DNA from: Patescibacteria group bacterium
GTDB taxonomy: Bacteria > Patescibacteriota > Patescibacteriia > Patescibacteriales > UBA12075
DNA length: 64,000 nt
Reading direction: 5' to 3'
Assembly (NCBI GenBank): GCA_018897195.1
Contig: JAHILH010000004.1
Coordinates: 19,182 to 83,181 of the forward strand
The position numbers and the translations under genes were made by a program. Positions within the stretch are counted from its first letter, which is position 1. Every line of letters begins with the position of its first letter. Positions 9,588 to 18,969 of the stretch are shown here, piece by piece. Under the pieces are notes generated by a model. The model made no database searches, was not told the DNA's origin, and was given only the letters and a program-made list of their open reading frames with translations.

Positions 9588-9872
9588 ATGACCGCTCGAG
9601 AGTCTATTGCAGCTACACCGCTGATTGCCGTATTCATCGTTAGCATTATTATGCTAATTCATTCATGGTGGAAATATTTTTCACTCGAAAATCAAGACTT
9701 GCTATTGTCACCCAATAGCCAAGAAGCACTTACTATTGCAGACCCGATTGCCAAAACGTTAACAGCTGGCGCATTACTGCTAATCACAGCTGTAATATTT
9801 TTCAAAAACCAATCACAAAATAACGATCATAATGAATTAAGTTTTATTACGAGACAAAAAAAATTAAAATAA
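9588..9872 (+). CDS. small membrane protein (hypothetical)
   Basis: 94 aa with two hydrophobic helices. Strong SD (aaaggagga) 6-7 nt upstream of the ATG and a terminator directly downstream. Confidence 0.55.
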   Translation: MTARESIAATPLIAVFIVSIIMLIHSWWKYFSLENQDLLLSPNSQEALTIADPIAKTLTAGALLLITAVIFFKNQSQNNDHNELSFITRQKKLK

Positions 9873-9879
9873 ACACTCG

Positions 9880-9916
9880 CCTTCCTTCACATTAAATGAA
9901 GGAGGGCATTTTTTTT
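9880..9916 (+). terminator. rho-independent terminator
   Basis: Stem ccttccttca / tgaaggaggg followed by T8. Confidence 0.6.
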
Positions 9917-9920
9917 ACCA

Positions 9921-9949
9921 ACAAAAAAGCGTTCGCATTGGCGAACGCT
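9921..9949 (-). terminator. rho-independent terminator of rpsA
   Basis: Stem agcgttcgc / gcgaacgct with a T-run on the minus strand (complement of acaaaaaa). Confidence 0.6.
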
Positions 9950-9973
9950 TTTCATCTTTAAAGAAAATATTTC

Positions 9974-11119
9974 TTATTCTTTATCTTCAACTTTTGTAGC
10001 TGTTTTCTTTTCTTCCTCTTTCACCTCAACACTTTCCACACCAATAGCAGCTAAACCTAATCTATGTTCCTTTGGCTCTACGGATACGATTGTGAATTCA
10101 ACCTCCTCGTCAACCTTATATTTATCGTTAACGCGTTGTTTTGGCGCTAAGCCTAATTGGCTAATGTGTGCTAGACCGTGAATATCACTGTCTAATTGTA
10201 CAAACAAACCAAATGGATTAACTTTCAAAACTTTCCCTTTGATAACTTGGCCAATCTTATACTTCTCCGCCACGCCATCCCAAGGATCACGCATTAGTTT
10301 TTTCGCACTCAAGAAAATCTTTGAACCTTCAAGGCTGATTACCTCAGCTTTGATTATATCACCAACGTTGAAAAGTTCACTTGGATTATCAATTCTCTGC
10401 CAAGCTAATTCAGAAATATGGATCAAACCTTCAAGATTTTCACCAAAACTAATAAAGACACCAAAGTCTGTAATTGCAGTGATTGTGCCCTCAACTGGAG
10501 TACCAACACTGTATTGAGAAATAACATCTCTTTGTCTTTCGTTCCAAGCTTCTTTTTCAGAGAAAATAATCTTGTCTTCTTTTTCATTAAAGGTTACTAC
10601 GCGAGCCTCAAAATCACGACCAACATAAGATTTTAATTTTTCTAAAATCTTACTCTTATCACCACCATTGATTCTCGGATAATTTTCTGGTGCCAATTGT
10701 GACACAGGTAAAAATCCAGAAATCTGTCGGTACTTAACCAAAAGACCACCCTTGTTCGCATCAATAATTCTAACTTTAACATTAGATTTATCTTCATATG
10801 CTTGACGCAAGCCAAGCCACGCTTTTTCTTGACCAGCAAAACGGAATGAAAGTTCTAGCTCGCCATTCTCATTTTCACCTTCAATTACAGTTGCTTCAAT
10901 AATGTCGCCCGGTTTCAAATTTGCATAATCTTCATCTTCTTCATAAAGCTCTGGGCCACGCACAACACCAATCAAATAACCATTGATGTCCAATTTTACC
11001 TCCGCTCGAGAAGCAGAAACAACTTCACCTTTAATCAATTCACCAACCTGTGGTGCTGCAAATTCATTTTGGCTCAACATCGCCTCAAAATCATCTTGCA
11101 TTTTTTTGTCGTCAGTCAT
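9974..11119 (-). CDS. rpsA: 30S ribosomal protein S1 (four S1 domains)
   Basis: 381 aa. Four repeats of the S1 OB-fold pattern (G..v.G.V......g..V.l.....G.lh.Se). Confidence 0.8.
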   Translation of the reverse strand: MTDDKKMQDDFEAMLSQNEFAAPQVGELIKGEVVSASRAEVKLDINGYLIGVVRGPELYEEDEDYANLKPGDIIEATVIEGENENGELELSFRFAGQEKAWLGLRQAYEDKSNVKVRIIDANKGGLLVKYRQISGFLPVSQLAPENYPRINGGDKSKILEKLKSYVGRDFEARVVTFNEKEDKIIFSEKEAWNERQRDVISQYSVGTPVEGTITAITDFGVFISFGENLEGLIHISELAWQRIDNPSELFNVGDIIKAEVISLEGSKIFLSAKKLMRDPWDGVAEKYKIGQVIKGKVLKVNPFGLFVQLDSDIHGLAHISQLGLAPKQRVNDKYKVDEEVEFTIVSVEPKEHRLGLAAIGVESVEVKEEEKKTATKVEDKE

Positions 11120-11326
11120 AAATATATAAACGCTTTTAATTATTGTGTAATTTTAAACAAAAAACTCAAATAAAAAAAGGCATTTTAACCCCTGACACTA
11201 ATAAATGCTCCAGAAGTCCCCTCGCTGCCACATCCAAAGGGTTTTATAAAAGGCAGTATATTTAAATGTAAAATTAGTATATAATAAATTTTAAAACTAG
11301 TCAATAGTTGGCGAAAATTAGACTAC

Positions 11327-11355
11327 TTGACAAATATTCAATAATGGTGTATGAT
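11327..11355 (+). promoter_or_regulatory. sigma70-type promoter (TTGACA-N17-TATGAT, TG-extended)
   Basis: TTGACA at 11327-11332, a 17-nt spacer ending in gtg, TATGAT at 11350-11355. Confidence 0.5.
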
Positions 11356-11413
11356 ATATATAGTTCATTAAATAAAAAGAATCTTTACAAACTCATCTCA
11401 AAAGGAGCAGGAT

Positions 11414-11521
11414 ATGAAGAATTCAAAAGCAGTAGGCGCCGATTTCGCAAAGAAAGAGTTCCTGAAAAACCAGGTAATCACTCCCAGGAAGAAATCCGCC
11501 AAAAAAAGCGCGAAAAAATAA
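11414..11521 (+). CDS. 35-aa basic small protein (hypothetical)
   Basis: MKNSKAVGADFAKKEFLKNQVITPRKKSAKKSAKK*. SD aaaggag 7 nt upstream, promoter upstream, terminator downstream. The 92-aa track ORF 11308..11586 is in another frame and reads through the terminator. Confidence 0.4.
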   Translation: MKNSKAVGADFAKKEFLKNQVITPRKKSAKKSAKK

Positions 11522-11539
11522 ACCCTCGCGCTACATCAA

Positions 11540-11579
11540 CCCGCCACTTACTAAACAAAGTAAGTCGGCGGGTTTTTTA
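11540..11579 (+). terminator. rho-independent terminator
   Basis: Stem cccgccacttac / gtaagtcggcggg followed by T6. Confidence 0.65.
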
Positions 11580-11590
11580 TTTCTAGGGAA

Positions 11591-12910
11591 TTATATTTTC
11601 AACAAGCCCCTAATCTCCTTATCATTTTTATACGGACCAATCACCGCCATATTCAAACCACCATTCACAAAAATCTCCTGCGCCACTTTCTGAATATCAC
11701 TCGCTTTTACTTTCAAAATTTCTTTCAAATAGTCTTCATGGTTAGAAATATTTTTATCGTCAAATTTTTTCTTTTTCGTGCGACTCACAGTTGATTCCAT
11801 CACCAATTGTCGTGAGTACCAAGTCGCCACGTTGTCTGAGCCTTCCATTTGAATCGCCATGCGACCAACAATCATATCCTTGGCGCGCTTTAATTCTTCA
11901 GCCGTGACCAATTCATTTTTCATCTTGCGATATTCTTGTAAGACAATCTTAATCGCCTCATTCAACTTCGCAGTGGGCACACCGGCGCGCGTTGTCAGAT
12001 AACCACAGTCCGAATAAGTCTCGCCATCCGCGTGCACATAATAAGCGAGGCCATTACGTTCACGCAAGTTAATAAATAAACGTGAGCTCATTGAACCGCC
12101 CAAAATCAAAGACAGCATTTTTAAAATCGCTTTTTTCTTATTGCCATAAGCATAAGTGCGTACTCCCAAAGAAAAATGCGCTTGATCGGTTTTTTTATAT
12201 TCCACCAAACATTGTGGCTTGCTTTGTTTTTCCACGACCGCCACTTTTTCCTGAAAGTCCTCGCCACGCTTGTTTAATTCCGGAGAATTAAAAATACGAG
12301 TCACCTTCGCCACCATCTCTTTGCTATTCTTCAAATTACCAACCACGCAAACTGTAATGTTTTTCGGTGCATATTGCGAATTAAAATAACTGGTAAAATC
12401 TTCACGATTAAATCTCAAGATATTATCTTTAAATCCAATTGTGTCCCAACCCGCTGGTGTATCCTCATACAATACGCGTTCAAAAATATCCTCAATATGC
12501 ATCATTGGATTATCTTCATACATATTATATTCTTCGATAATCACACCCTTCTCCCGATTAATTTCCTCTTCGTCGAATTTTGAATTCAACAACATATCTG
12601 ATAACACATCCAAGGCCTTATCAAATTTCGAACTGTCTGCCTTGATCCAATACCCAGTATACTCTTTGCCGGTAAAAGCATTAAACTCCGCCCCGATGCC
12701 ATCCAACTCTGAAGAAACAGCCAGTGCTGTCGGTCGTTTAGTTGTGCCCTTAAAAAACATATGTTCCAAAAAATGTGAGATACCGCTATTTTTACGATGT
12801 TCATATTTTGAACCGGTTCCGACCATAATTAAAATCGTGGCCGTCTGAGTGCCACGCATTGGTGCGGTTAATAGACGCACGCCGTTTGAAAGTGTTTTTA
12901 ATGTATGCAT
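11591..12910 (-). CDS. M16-family (pitrilysin/insulinase-like) zinc metallopeptidase
   Basis: HxxEH zinc motif (HFLEHMFFKGT) and a two-domain M16 layout. The ATG at 12910 is preferred over the TTG at 12931. Confidence 0.8.
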   Translation of the reverse strand: MHTLKTLSNGVRLLTAPMRGTQTATILIMVGTGSKYEHRKNSGISHFLEHMFFKGTTKRPTALAVSSELDGIGAEFNAFTGKEYTGYWIKADSSKFDKALDVLSDMLLNSKFDEEEINREKGVIIEEYNMYEDNPMMHIEDIFERVLYEDTPAGWDTIGFKDNILRFNREDFTSYFNSQYAPKNITVCVVGNLKNSKEMVAKVTRIFNSPELNKRGEDFQEKVAVVEKQSKPQCLVEYKKTDQAHFSLGVRTYAYGNKKKAILKMLSLILGGSMSSRLFINLRERNGLAYYVHADGETYSDCGYLTTRAGVPTAKLNEAIKIVLQEYRKMKNELVTAEELKRAKDMIVGRMAIQMEGSDNVATWYSRQLVMESTVSRTKKKKFDDKNISNHEDYLKEILKVKASDIQKVAQEIFVNGGLNMAVIGPYKNDKEIRGLLKI

Positions 12911-13020
12911 ATAAAGAATTTTTAATTTCAAATTTTGAATTTTGAATCAATTTTTAATTACTTAATTTTTGAAATTTAAAATTTCTCATTCATTCAAAAT
13001 TGAAAATTCAAAATTATATC

Positions 13021-13656
13021 CTACTTAATTTCTTCATGGTCAAGTATCGCCTTTAACACCTTCGAATCCTCCTTTAGTATCTCAATATATTTAACCTGTG
13101 TTTGATAAATTGTCATTGAACCATCTGGGCCATATGACTCTTTACCTCTTTTAACCAAACGTAGACTGCCAGCCTCTTTATTATCGGTAGTAGTTGCCTT
13201 GTTGCTAGCTTGGTCATAATCATAATAAACGTTGGCAATCTCAACCGGATTTTTATCTTTATCAGCAATTAAGCCATAGTACACCTCCCCATTTACCAAG
13301 ACAATAGCCGACCACATCGCTTTTTTCTCTTCACTGACCACGACTGGCTTTTTTCCCCTATGAGAAAAAACAGAAAACAAAATAATTATGACAATCAATC
13401 CCAAAATGACGGCCCCAATCCTCCACAGTAAAGCGTCATAATTTTTACCAGCGCGAATAATCTTATGTAAACTATTTTCACCATCACCCTCTCTATCCCT
13501 AAACATCCATTCAATCGCCTTTGCCTGAACGGTTTCATTGTTGCCGGTCAAGAATTTTTCTGGTCGGCGTGCCTTCCCGTTTTTTGGCAACACAAAAGCG
13601 GCCTGCTTATTAGACTGGTCTTTTAGATTAACAATCTTCTGAAACTGTTCTAGCAT
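13021..13656 (-). CDS. single-pass membrane protein (hypothetical)
   Basis: 211 aa with one central TM helix (ALLWRIGAVILGLIVIIILFSVF). No recognised motif. Confidence 0.5.
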   Translation of the reverse strand: MLEQFQKIVNLKDQSNKQAAFVLPKNGKARRPEKFLTGNNETVQAKAIEWMFRDREGDGENSLHKIIRAGKNYDALLWRIGAVILGLIVIIILFSVFSHRGKKPVVVSEEKKAMWSAIVLVNGEVYYGLIADKDKNPVEIANVYYDYDQASNKATTTDNKEAGSLRLVKRGKESYGPDGSMTIYQTQVKYIEILKEDSKVLKAILDHEEIK

Positions 13657-13772
13657 AAAATTTTTATTTTATTGCATTTTACCATAAACCCAAACAGCTA
13701 ATAAGCCGCCAACGATTAAGAGGAAAAAAACTGGAAACAAACCCATATATTTTATTTTAATATTTAAACAAA

Positions 13773-16490
13773 CTAATATCTTGCTTTATTGACAACATCG
13801 TCAATCTTCACGCTTAACAACTTCGACACGCCGTCATCACCCATAGTCACTCCATACAAAACACTCGCTCTCTTCATTGAAGCACGATTATGCGTAATAA
13901 CAATAAACTGTGTCTTGTCTGCCAAGTCATCCAAAATTTTTGCCAAGCGTTCTGAGTTGGCCTCATCCAAGGCCGCATCCACTTCATCCAAGAAAACAAA
14001 GGGTGAGGGGTTGTTGCTGATAATCGCACTAATCAAAGCAATAGCGGTCAAAGCTTTTTCACCACCAGACAACATTGAGACAGAGCTAATCTTTTTTCCC
14101 GGTGGACAAGCATTTATTTCAATGCCAGCTAATCCGGTAGAATTATGCTTTTGTAAAAATTTAATTTTCTGCGGATCTGCAAAGCCAGCTGATACACCAC
14201 TCACATTTTTAACCTTCTCTTTTTTGACGGCAACCTCAACACCATCTTCGTTAAGCTCGGTCTGTACTTCATCAACTACGCTCTTCTCCTCAAAATCTTC
14301 AATCACCTTCTCAATCTTGGCCGTGCCTCCATTAAACAATATCTTAAAATATTCCTCAAACTTTTTTGCAATCAAATTAAACTCACGATCAAACTTCTCT
14401 TTAATCGTCTTATCCAACTCGATTATAATTTTTTCCAAAGAATCAATTGCCTTATCCAAATCATCAGCCTGCTCTTTTAAATAATCATAGCGATCCTTGG
14501 TCTCTTTGTATTCATCTTCGATTTGCGGATCAATACCACCAATCGTTTCTAATTGTTTTTTAATTTGATTAATCTTTTCCTTTAAAACATTCTCACTCAT
14601 TGCCTGATCCAAGTGCGTGCCATCCTTAATCTCCTTCAAGCCCTGCAGCTCATCGCGAATTTCGGCCTCCAAGCTTTCCAAGCGTGTTTCAAAACGCGCC
14701 GCTTGGATACTCGTCTCGTTCAAACGCGCTCCCAGGGAATTAATTTCCATTTGTGCTTCATGAATGTCTTTTTGCAAAGCCAAAAGTTTCTTACGCTTCT
14801 CTTCTTCTTCACGGCTAATCTTGCCAATCCGATTTTTTAAGGCCAAAACCGTCTCTTCAATTTTATCAATGTTCACTCGCAATTTATCCTGTTCTTCTTT
14901 CACGCCCTCAAAATCAAAATGTTCGGAGTTCTGTTTAATTTTAGACTCAACCATCTTTAATTCACTCTCCATTGATCCCACCTTTTCTTTCAATAATTTA
15001 ACGCGCTCCGTGCGTGCTCCAATGCGTAAATTGTTTTCGTTGATACGCACAATAATCGCTTCCTTTTCGTCAATCAAGTTTTGTAAATCCAAATGTGCTG
15101 CTTGCCAATTTTCATTAACCGAAGCAGTTTCTTGAATATGGTTTTGCGATTTACCCCTTGATTCATTAAAAATCTCTTCCACTTCTTGATAAATCTCTGC
15201 CAAAATCTCGCGGATCACTGTCAACTCATTCAACTCCTTGGCTACGTTTAATTTTTTCAAAACCTCATCAAAACGCTCATTTAAGCTAATAATGTGCTTC
15301 GGCGGTGTTTGCTGATTACTGCGACCGACTTCAATGATAATTTTATTTTGTTCCTTAATTTTTTCTTCTTGTTTTTTTAATTCCAAATACAACTCCTCAC
15401 CCTGTCCAGTGTCATGGCTCACACTATTGCCCAACGAAATCATTTCCTCATTTACCACTTTTAGCTCCTTCGCAATCTCTTCTTTCTTGGTCAACAAAAA
15501 TGACAAATCAAATTTACCCGCCGCTTCCAATCTGACCTCCAATTGCGCATTCACGCGCGCTAGTTCGCGTTCCAAATTCCCTTTTACCGACATCTCCTTA
15601 TTCAAGTCGCGCTGTAATTGCTCATACTCATTCTCTTCATTCGTTACTGCCTCAAATTTTTCCAACTCCTTGTTCAAAGAGTTTAGTTTATTATCCTTGT
15701 CCTGTTTAATATTTTCCAATTCTAAAAAGGCTTGATTATATTCTCTCAACTTATCATTATTCGCATGCCACAAATTACTGTAATGCACCAATTGTAAAGC
15801 CCGCAATTCTTTTTCCAAGTCACCGCGCTTGCGTAGTTTATTCACCTGTCGTGTTAGACTAGCCAAGCGTGGCTCAATCTCCGCCAACAACATCTGCGCC
15901 TGCACAAGATTATCATAACTCGAACGCAATTTATTCAAAGAGGCATCACGCTTAATCTGATATTGCTTCACGCCTGTTGCTTCATCAAAAAACTCCTTGC
16001 GATCAGCAAGAGAACTATTTAAAAAACCATCAACGGTTCCCTGTCCTACAACACTATAAGTCTTCTGCCCGACGTTCGCCTTCGCCAACAACATCTGCAC
16101 GTCCAACAAACGAACTTTAGTATTATTCAATAAATATTCACTATTACCGTCCCGATAAATCCGGCGTGTAATCACCAGATTGGTATAATCAATCGGCGCT
16201 TTCTTCTCACTGTTATTCAAAAATAAAGAAACCTCGGCCATGCCCAGTTGTCCTTTTTTCTCAGTACCAGCAAAAATCACATCCTCCGCCTTCTTCCCGC
16301 GCAATGATTTCAAACTCTGCTCACCCAACACCCAACGCACCGCATCGGAAATATTGGACTTGCCCGAACCATTCGGCCCGACGATCCCCGTCAAACCCTG
16401 CTTCGCATCCGGCAACATCCCCGGAAACGCCAAAACCGTCTTCTGAGCAAAAGACTTAAATCCGTGAATCTCTAATTTTTCTAAATACAT
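13773..16490 (-). CDS. smc: SMC-family chromosome partition ATPase (short form, no recognisable hinge)
   Basis: 905 aa. Walker A GPNGSGKSN, QGxxD (VVGQGTVDG), signature LSGGEKALTA, Walker B FVFLDEVDAALD. Coiled-coil heptads run throughout aa ~170-690. Confidence 0.8.
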   Translation of the reverse strand: MYLEKLEIHGFKSFAQKTVLAFPGMLPDAKQGLTGIVGPNGSGKSNISDAVRWVLGEQSLKSLRGKKAEDVIFAGTEKKGQLGMAEVSLFLNNSEKKAPIDYTNLVITRRIYRDGNSEYLLNNTKVRLLDVQMLLAKANVGQKTYSVVGQGTVDGFLNSSLADRKEFFDEATGVKQYQIKRDASLNKLRSSYDNLVQAQMLLAEIEPRLASLTRQVNKLRKRGDLEKELRALQLVHYSNLWHANNDKLREYNQAFLELENIKQDKDNKLNSLNKELEKFEAVTNEENEYEQLQRDLNKEMSVKGNLERELARVNAQLEVRLEAAGKFDLSFLLTKKEEIAKELKVVNEEMISLGNSVSHDTGQGEELYLELKKQEEKIKEQNKIIIEVGRSNQQTPPKHIISLNERFDEVLKKLNVAKELNELTVIREILAEIYQEVEEIFNESRGKSQNHIQETASVNENWQAAHLDLQNLIDEKEAIIVRINENNLRIGARTERVKLLKEKVGSMESELKMVESKIKQNSEHFDFEGVKEEQDKLRVNIDKIEETVLALKNRIGKISREEEEKRKKLLALQKDIHEAQMEINSLGARLNETSIQAARFETRLESLEAEIRDELQGLKEIKDGTHLDQAMSENVLKEKINQIKKQLETIGGIDPQIEDEYKETKDRYDYLKEQADDLDKAIDSLEKIIIELDKTIKEKFDREFNLIAKKFEEYFKILFNGGTAKIEKVIEDFEEKSVVDEVQTELNEDGVEVAVKKEKVKNVSGVSAGFADPQKIKFLQKHNSTGLAGIEINACPPGKKISSVSMLSGGEKALTAIALISAIISNNPSPFVFLDEVDAALDEANSERLAKILDDLADKTQFIVITHNRASMKRASVLYGVTMGDDGVSKLLSVKIDDVVNKARY

Positions 16491-16612
16491 ATAAAAAATG
16501 AAAAAACAACCATTTTTAGTTGTCTAGTTATCTAGTTTTCAGCTGTTTACATTATACAATGTTTTCCAAAAATATAAAAGCCTCAGGTTTTAATCTAAGG
16601 CTTTGAAAATTT

Positions 16613-17953
16613 TTATAAATATTTAACCGCGACAGTGGCCAAATCACTCCTTTCACTTTTTAACAGAGAAACATGTCCATGTATTTTATGTCCGCGCAAT
16701 TTTCTAACCACATGAGAAAGTCCATTACTAGAAGCATCGAGCTCAAGACAATCAATTTGATCGGTATCTCCGGTTAAAACAAATTTTGTGCCCTCCCCAG
16801 CACGTGAAATAACTGTTTTTATTTCATGAGGTGTTAAATTTTGCGTCTCATCAACAATAATAAATTGCCTTCGGATAGACCGCCCGCGAATAAAAGATAA
16901 AACCTCAAGACTAATAACTGTTTTAAGTAGACGCTCTACTTGTGCCTCAATTGTCCCTTTTTCATAAGGGATACCTTTTTTATTTTTTTCACTAACAATG
17001 GCTTGCAGATTGTCATAAATGGGTTTCATCCATGGCAAAATTTTCTCATCCTTGCTTCCGGGCAAATAGCCAATGTCTTTGCCAACTGGCATGACTGCCC
17101 GCCAGACAATAATACCGTCATAGAGCTTATTGGGTCCGGATAATTCCAAACCAGCAATTAGCGCCAAGAACGTTTTACCAGTTCCAGCTGGACCAGCCAT
17201 TGTCATTACCTGAACGGCAGGATCAGTTAGCAAGTCAAAACAATATTTCTGCTCCTGATTTCTAGGCTTTATGCCATACAAATCTCTTATTTCTGGCATT
17301 TTAACCAATGCACCATTCTTTTTTCGCATTAAAACCTTCATCTCGAGCGAACGACAGTCCATTTCTAGAAATTCATTCGCCTGAAGATTTGGCAACTTAG
17401 CCTCATTCGTCTCACCCGCCAAAACTGCACCAAAAAGATTCTCGCTCACGGTTACCCTTTCAATACCATCGTGCTGATCAACAATTTTACTTTTGTCACC
17501 TTCGAAATCTTGAGCAAGAATACCATAGCTATTCGCTTTAAGTCTCAAATTTATATCCTTAGAGACCAAAATGACTTTTTTTCCTTTTCTTCTGTTGCCC
17601 CTCTTGGTAAAAGAAAGATTATAGGCCACCGCCAAGATTCTATGCTTCGGGTCATCAAAATCAACGCCCATGGGCGCGGCATTAATAACATTTTTACGAT
17701 TAACCTCAATTCTTATTGACCCACCTCCTGGAGTTTTAACACCCTTTTTAAAGCTTCCTTTTTTCGTGATTAATTTATTAAGAAACCTCATCACCTTTCT
17801 AACGTTGTAGTTTTCTTGCTCTGAGCCATCCTTGTATGCATTTAAACCTTCAATTACGGATATCGGCACAACAATGTCATTATCCTCGAAATACCCAAAC
17901 ACATCTGGACAATGACGTAAAACACCGCCGTCCAAAATATAAATTTTGACCAT
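16613..17953 (-). CDS. PIN-domain + PhoH-like ATPase (PhoH2/YlaK family)
   Basis: 446 aa. N-terminal PIN-like region (YILDGGVL...VVPISVIEGL) and a C-terminal PhoH domain with Walker A GPAGTGKT and Walker B IIVDETQN. Confidence 0.8.
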   Translation of the reverse strand: MVKIYILDGGVLRHCPDVFGYFEDNDIVVPISVIEGLNAYKDGSEQENYNVRKVMRFLNKLITKKGSFKKGVKTPGGGSIRIEVNRKNVINAAPMGVDFDDPKHRILAVAYNLSFTKRGNRRKGKKVILVSKDINLRLKANSYGILAQDFEGDKSKIVDQHDGIERVTVSENLFGAVLAGETNEAKLPNLQANEFLEMDCRSLEMKVLMRKKNGALVKMPEIRDLYGIKPRNQEQKYCFDLLTDPAVQVMTMAGPAGTGKTFLALIAGLELSGPNKLYDGIIVWRAVMPVGKDIGYLPGSKDEKILPWMKPIYDNLQAIVSEKNKKGIPYEKGTIEAQVERLLKTVISLEVLSFIRGRSIRRQFIIVDETQNLTPHEIKTVISRAGEGTKFVLTGDTDQIDCLELDASSNGLSHVVRKLRGHKIHGHVSLLKSERSDLATVAVKYL

Positions 17954-18065
17954 TTTGTCTCCTTTTTAATACACAAGGATTAAAAAGTTTTGGATTAATA
18001 ACAACTTGATTATCACCTCTTTTGGTTAAATTTTATTTCAAAGAACGGCTATTTTAACTACCTAA

Positions 18066-18093
18066 AAATTAGCACAACCCTCTGAAATGTCAA
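18066..18093 (-). promoter_or_regulatory. sigma70-type promoter for the PIN-PhoH gene (TTGACA-N16-TAATTT, TGTG-extended)
   Basis: Minus strand reads ttgaca tttcagagggttgtgc taattt. Confidence 0.4.
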
Positions 18094-18132
18094 TCAGTCG
18101 CACCGGACTAATTTTCTTCAATTTTCTAATCA

Positions 18133-18172
18133 AAAACACCGCCTATAAAGAGTTCAGCGGTGTTTTTGTTTT
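18133..18172. terminator. bidirectional terminator-like hairpin
   Basis: Stem acaccgc (18136-42) / gcggtgt (18157-63), flanked by an A-run and a T-run. Confidence 0.5.
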
Positions 18173-18454
18173 TTATCCCCATGCTCACTCCGCCGCTTGA
18201 AGCGACAAAGTAAGAAAGAGAGCTGTGTCCGTTTTGGTTATTTTTTTTATTTGCGCCAAAAAGGACACAGCTTGTGATAGTGATAACTGATGGAAGGCTC
18301 TGATGTTTAGAGACTAAATATTAGATCTTTCGATCAGTATTTTTTGAAAAGAACGTTTGTATTAATGCTAATACATAGCATTTTTTATCTTGTAAAAATA
18401 CAAGAATGAAAAATAAATTTCTTTATTTCTTATTTTTATATTCTTAAACTAAAA

Positions 18455-18757
18455 TTAACAACTAAAAAAAGGCGAACTGCTAATACTATGCAATCCCCCT
18501 TGTAAATATTCGCTTTTTGCCTCCAATCGATAAATAGTTCTAACACCGGCATTTCTAGTCTGTTCAAATGACTTGTTTACCAAGTTCAAAATAACCGCCG
18601 TTGAAAAGACAACAAAAAAAGCAATGGACAAACTAAGTGCAAGTCCAGCCCAGCTGAACTCCTGCTCCATTGCTTTCTTTTTTATTGTGTTGTAATACTT
18701 CCAACCAACATGGTTTAAATTAAAACCACTGGTTTTCAGTGTAATTGGATGTGTCAT
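18455..18757 (-). CDS. hypothetical small membrane protein
   Basis: 100-aa ORF with one TM helix (WAGLALSLSIAFFVVFSTAVILNL). No clear SD, so weak call. Confidence 0.3.
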   Translation of the reverse strand: MTHPITLKTSGFNLNHVGWKYYNTIKKKAMEQEFSWAGLALSLSIAFFVVFSTAVILNLVNKSFEQTRNAGVRTIYRLEAKSEYLQGGLHSISSSPFFSC

Positions 18758-18969
18758 TTTTGATTTTTTTATTTTTGTTTTTATTTTGGGGACATTTATT
18801 TTTAATGTCTATAAGTAGTATAGCAAATATTAGCAAAAGTGTCAATGTGGATAACTTCGCCATGACAATGCTGCCATCTTTTCCAATTTCAAATCTGAGG
18901 CAAATTTATTTTTATTTAAAAAAATCCCCCTATTCTTGCGCAAATAGGGGGACACATTTATTTTTCAAC

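Noticed and set aside
11308-11586. 92-aa ORF in the track
   Set aside because: It has no SD, starts before the -10 box of the predicted promoter and reads straight through a strong terminator hairpin. The 35-aa ORF in another frame fits the signals better, though it too is unproven.
12931-13014. AT-only inverted repeat (aattttgaatttt ... aaaattcaaaatt) between the M16 peptidase gene and the upstream gene
   Set aside because: It is pure A/T low-complexity sequence. Such pairings arise by chance in AT-rich spacers and would be thermodynamically weak. I cannot distinguish a regulatory site from noise.
13789-15735. Long antisense ORFs inside smc (13789..14484, 14613..14840, 14764..15135, 15334..15735)
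   Set aside because: They lie opposite a gene with unambiguous SMC motifs. The Ser/Phe/Leu-rich low-complexity products are typical of the antisense of Lys/Glu-rich coiled-coil codons.
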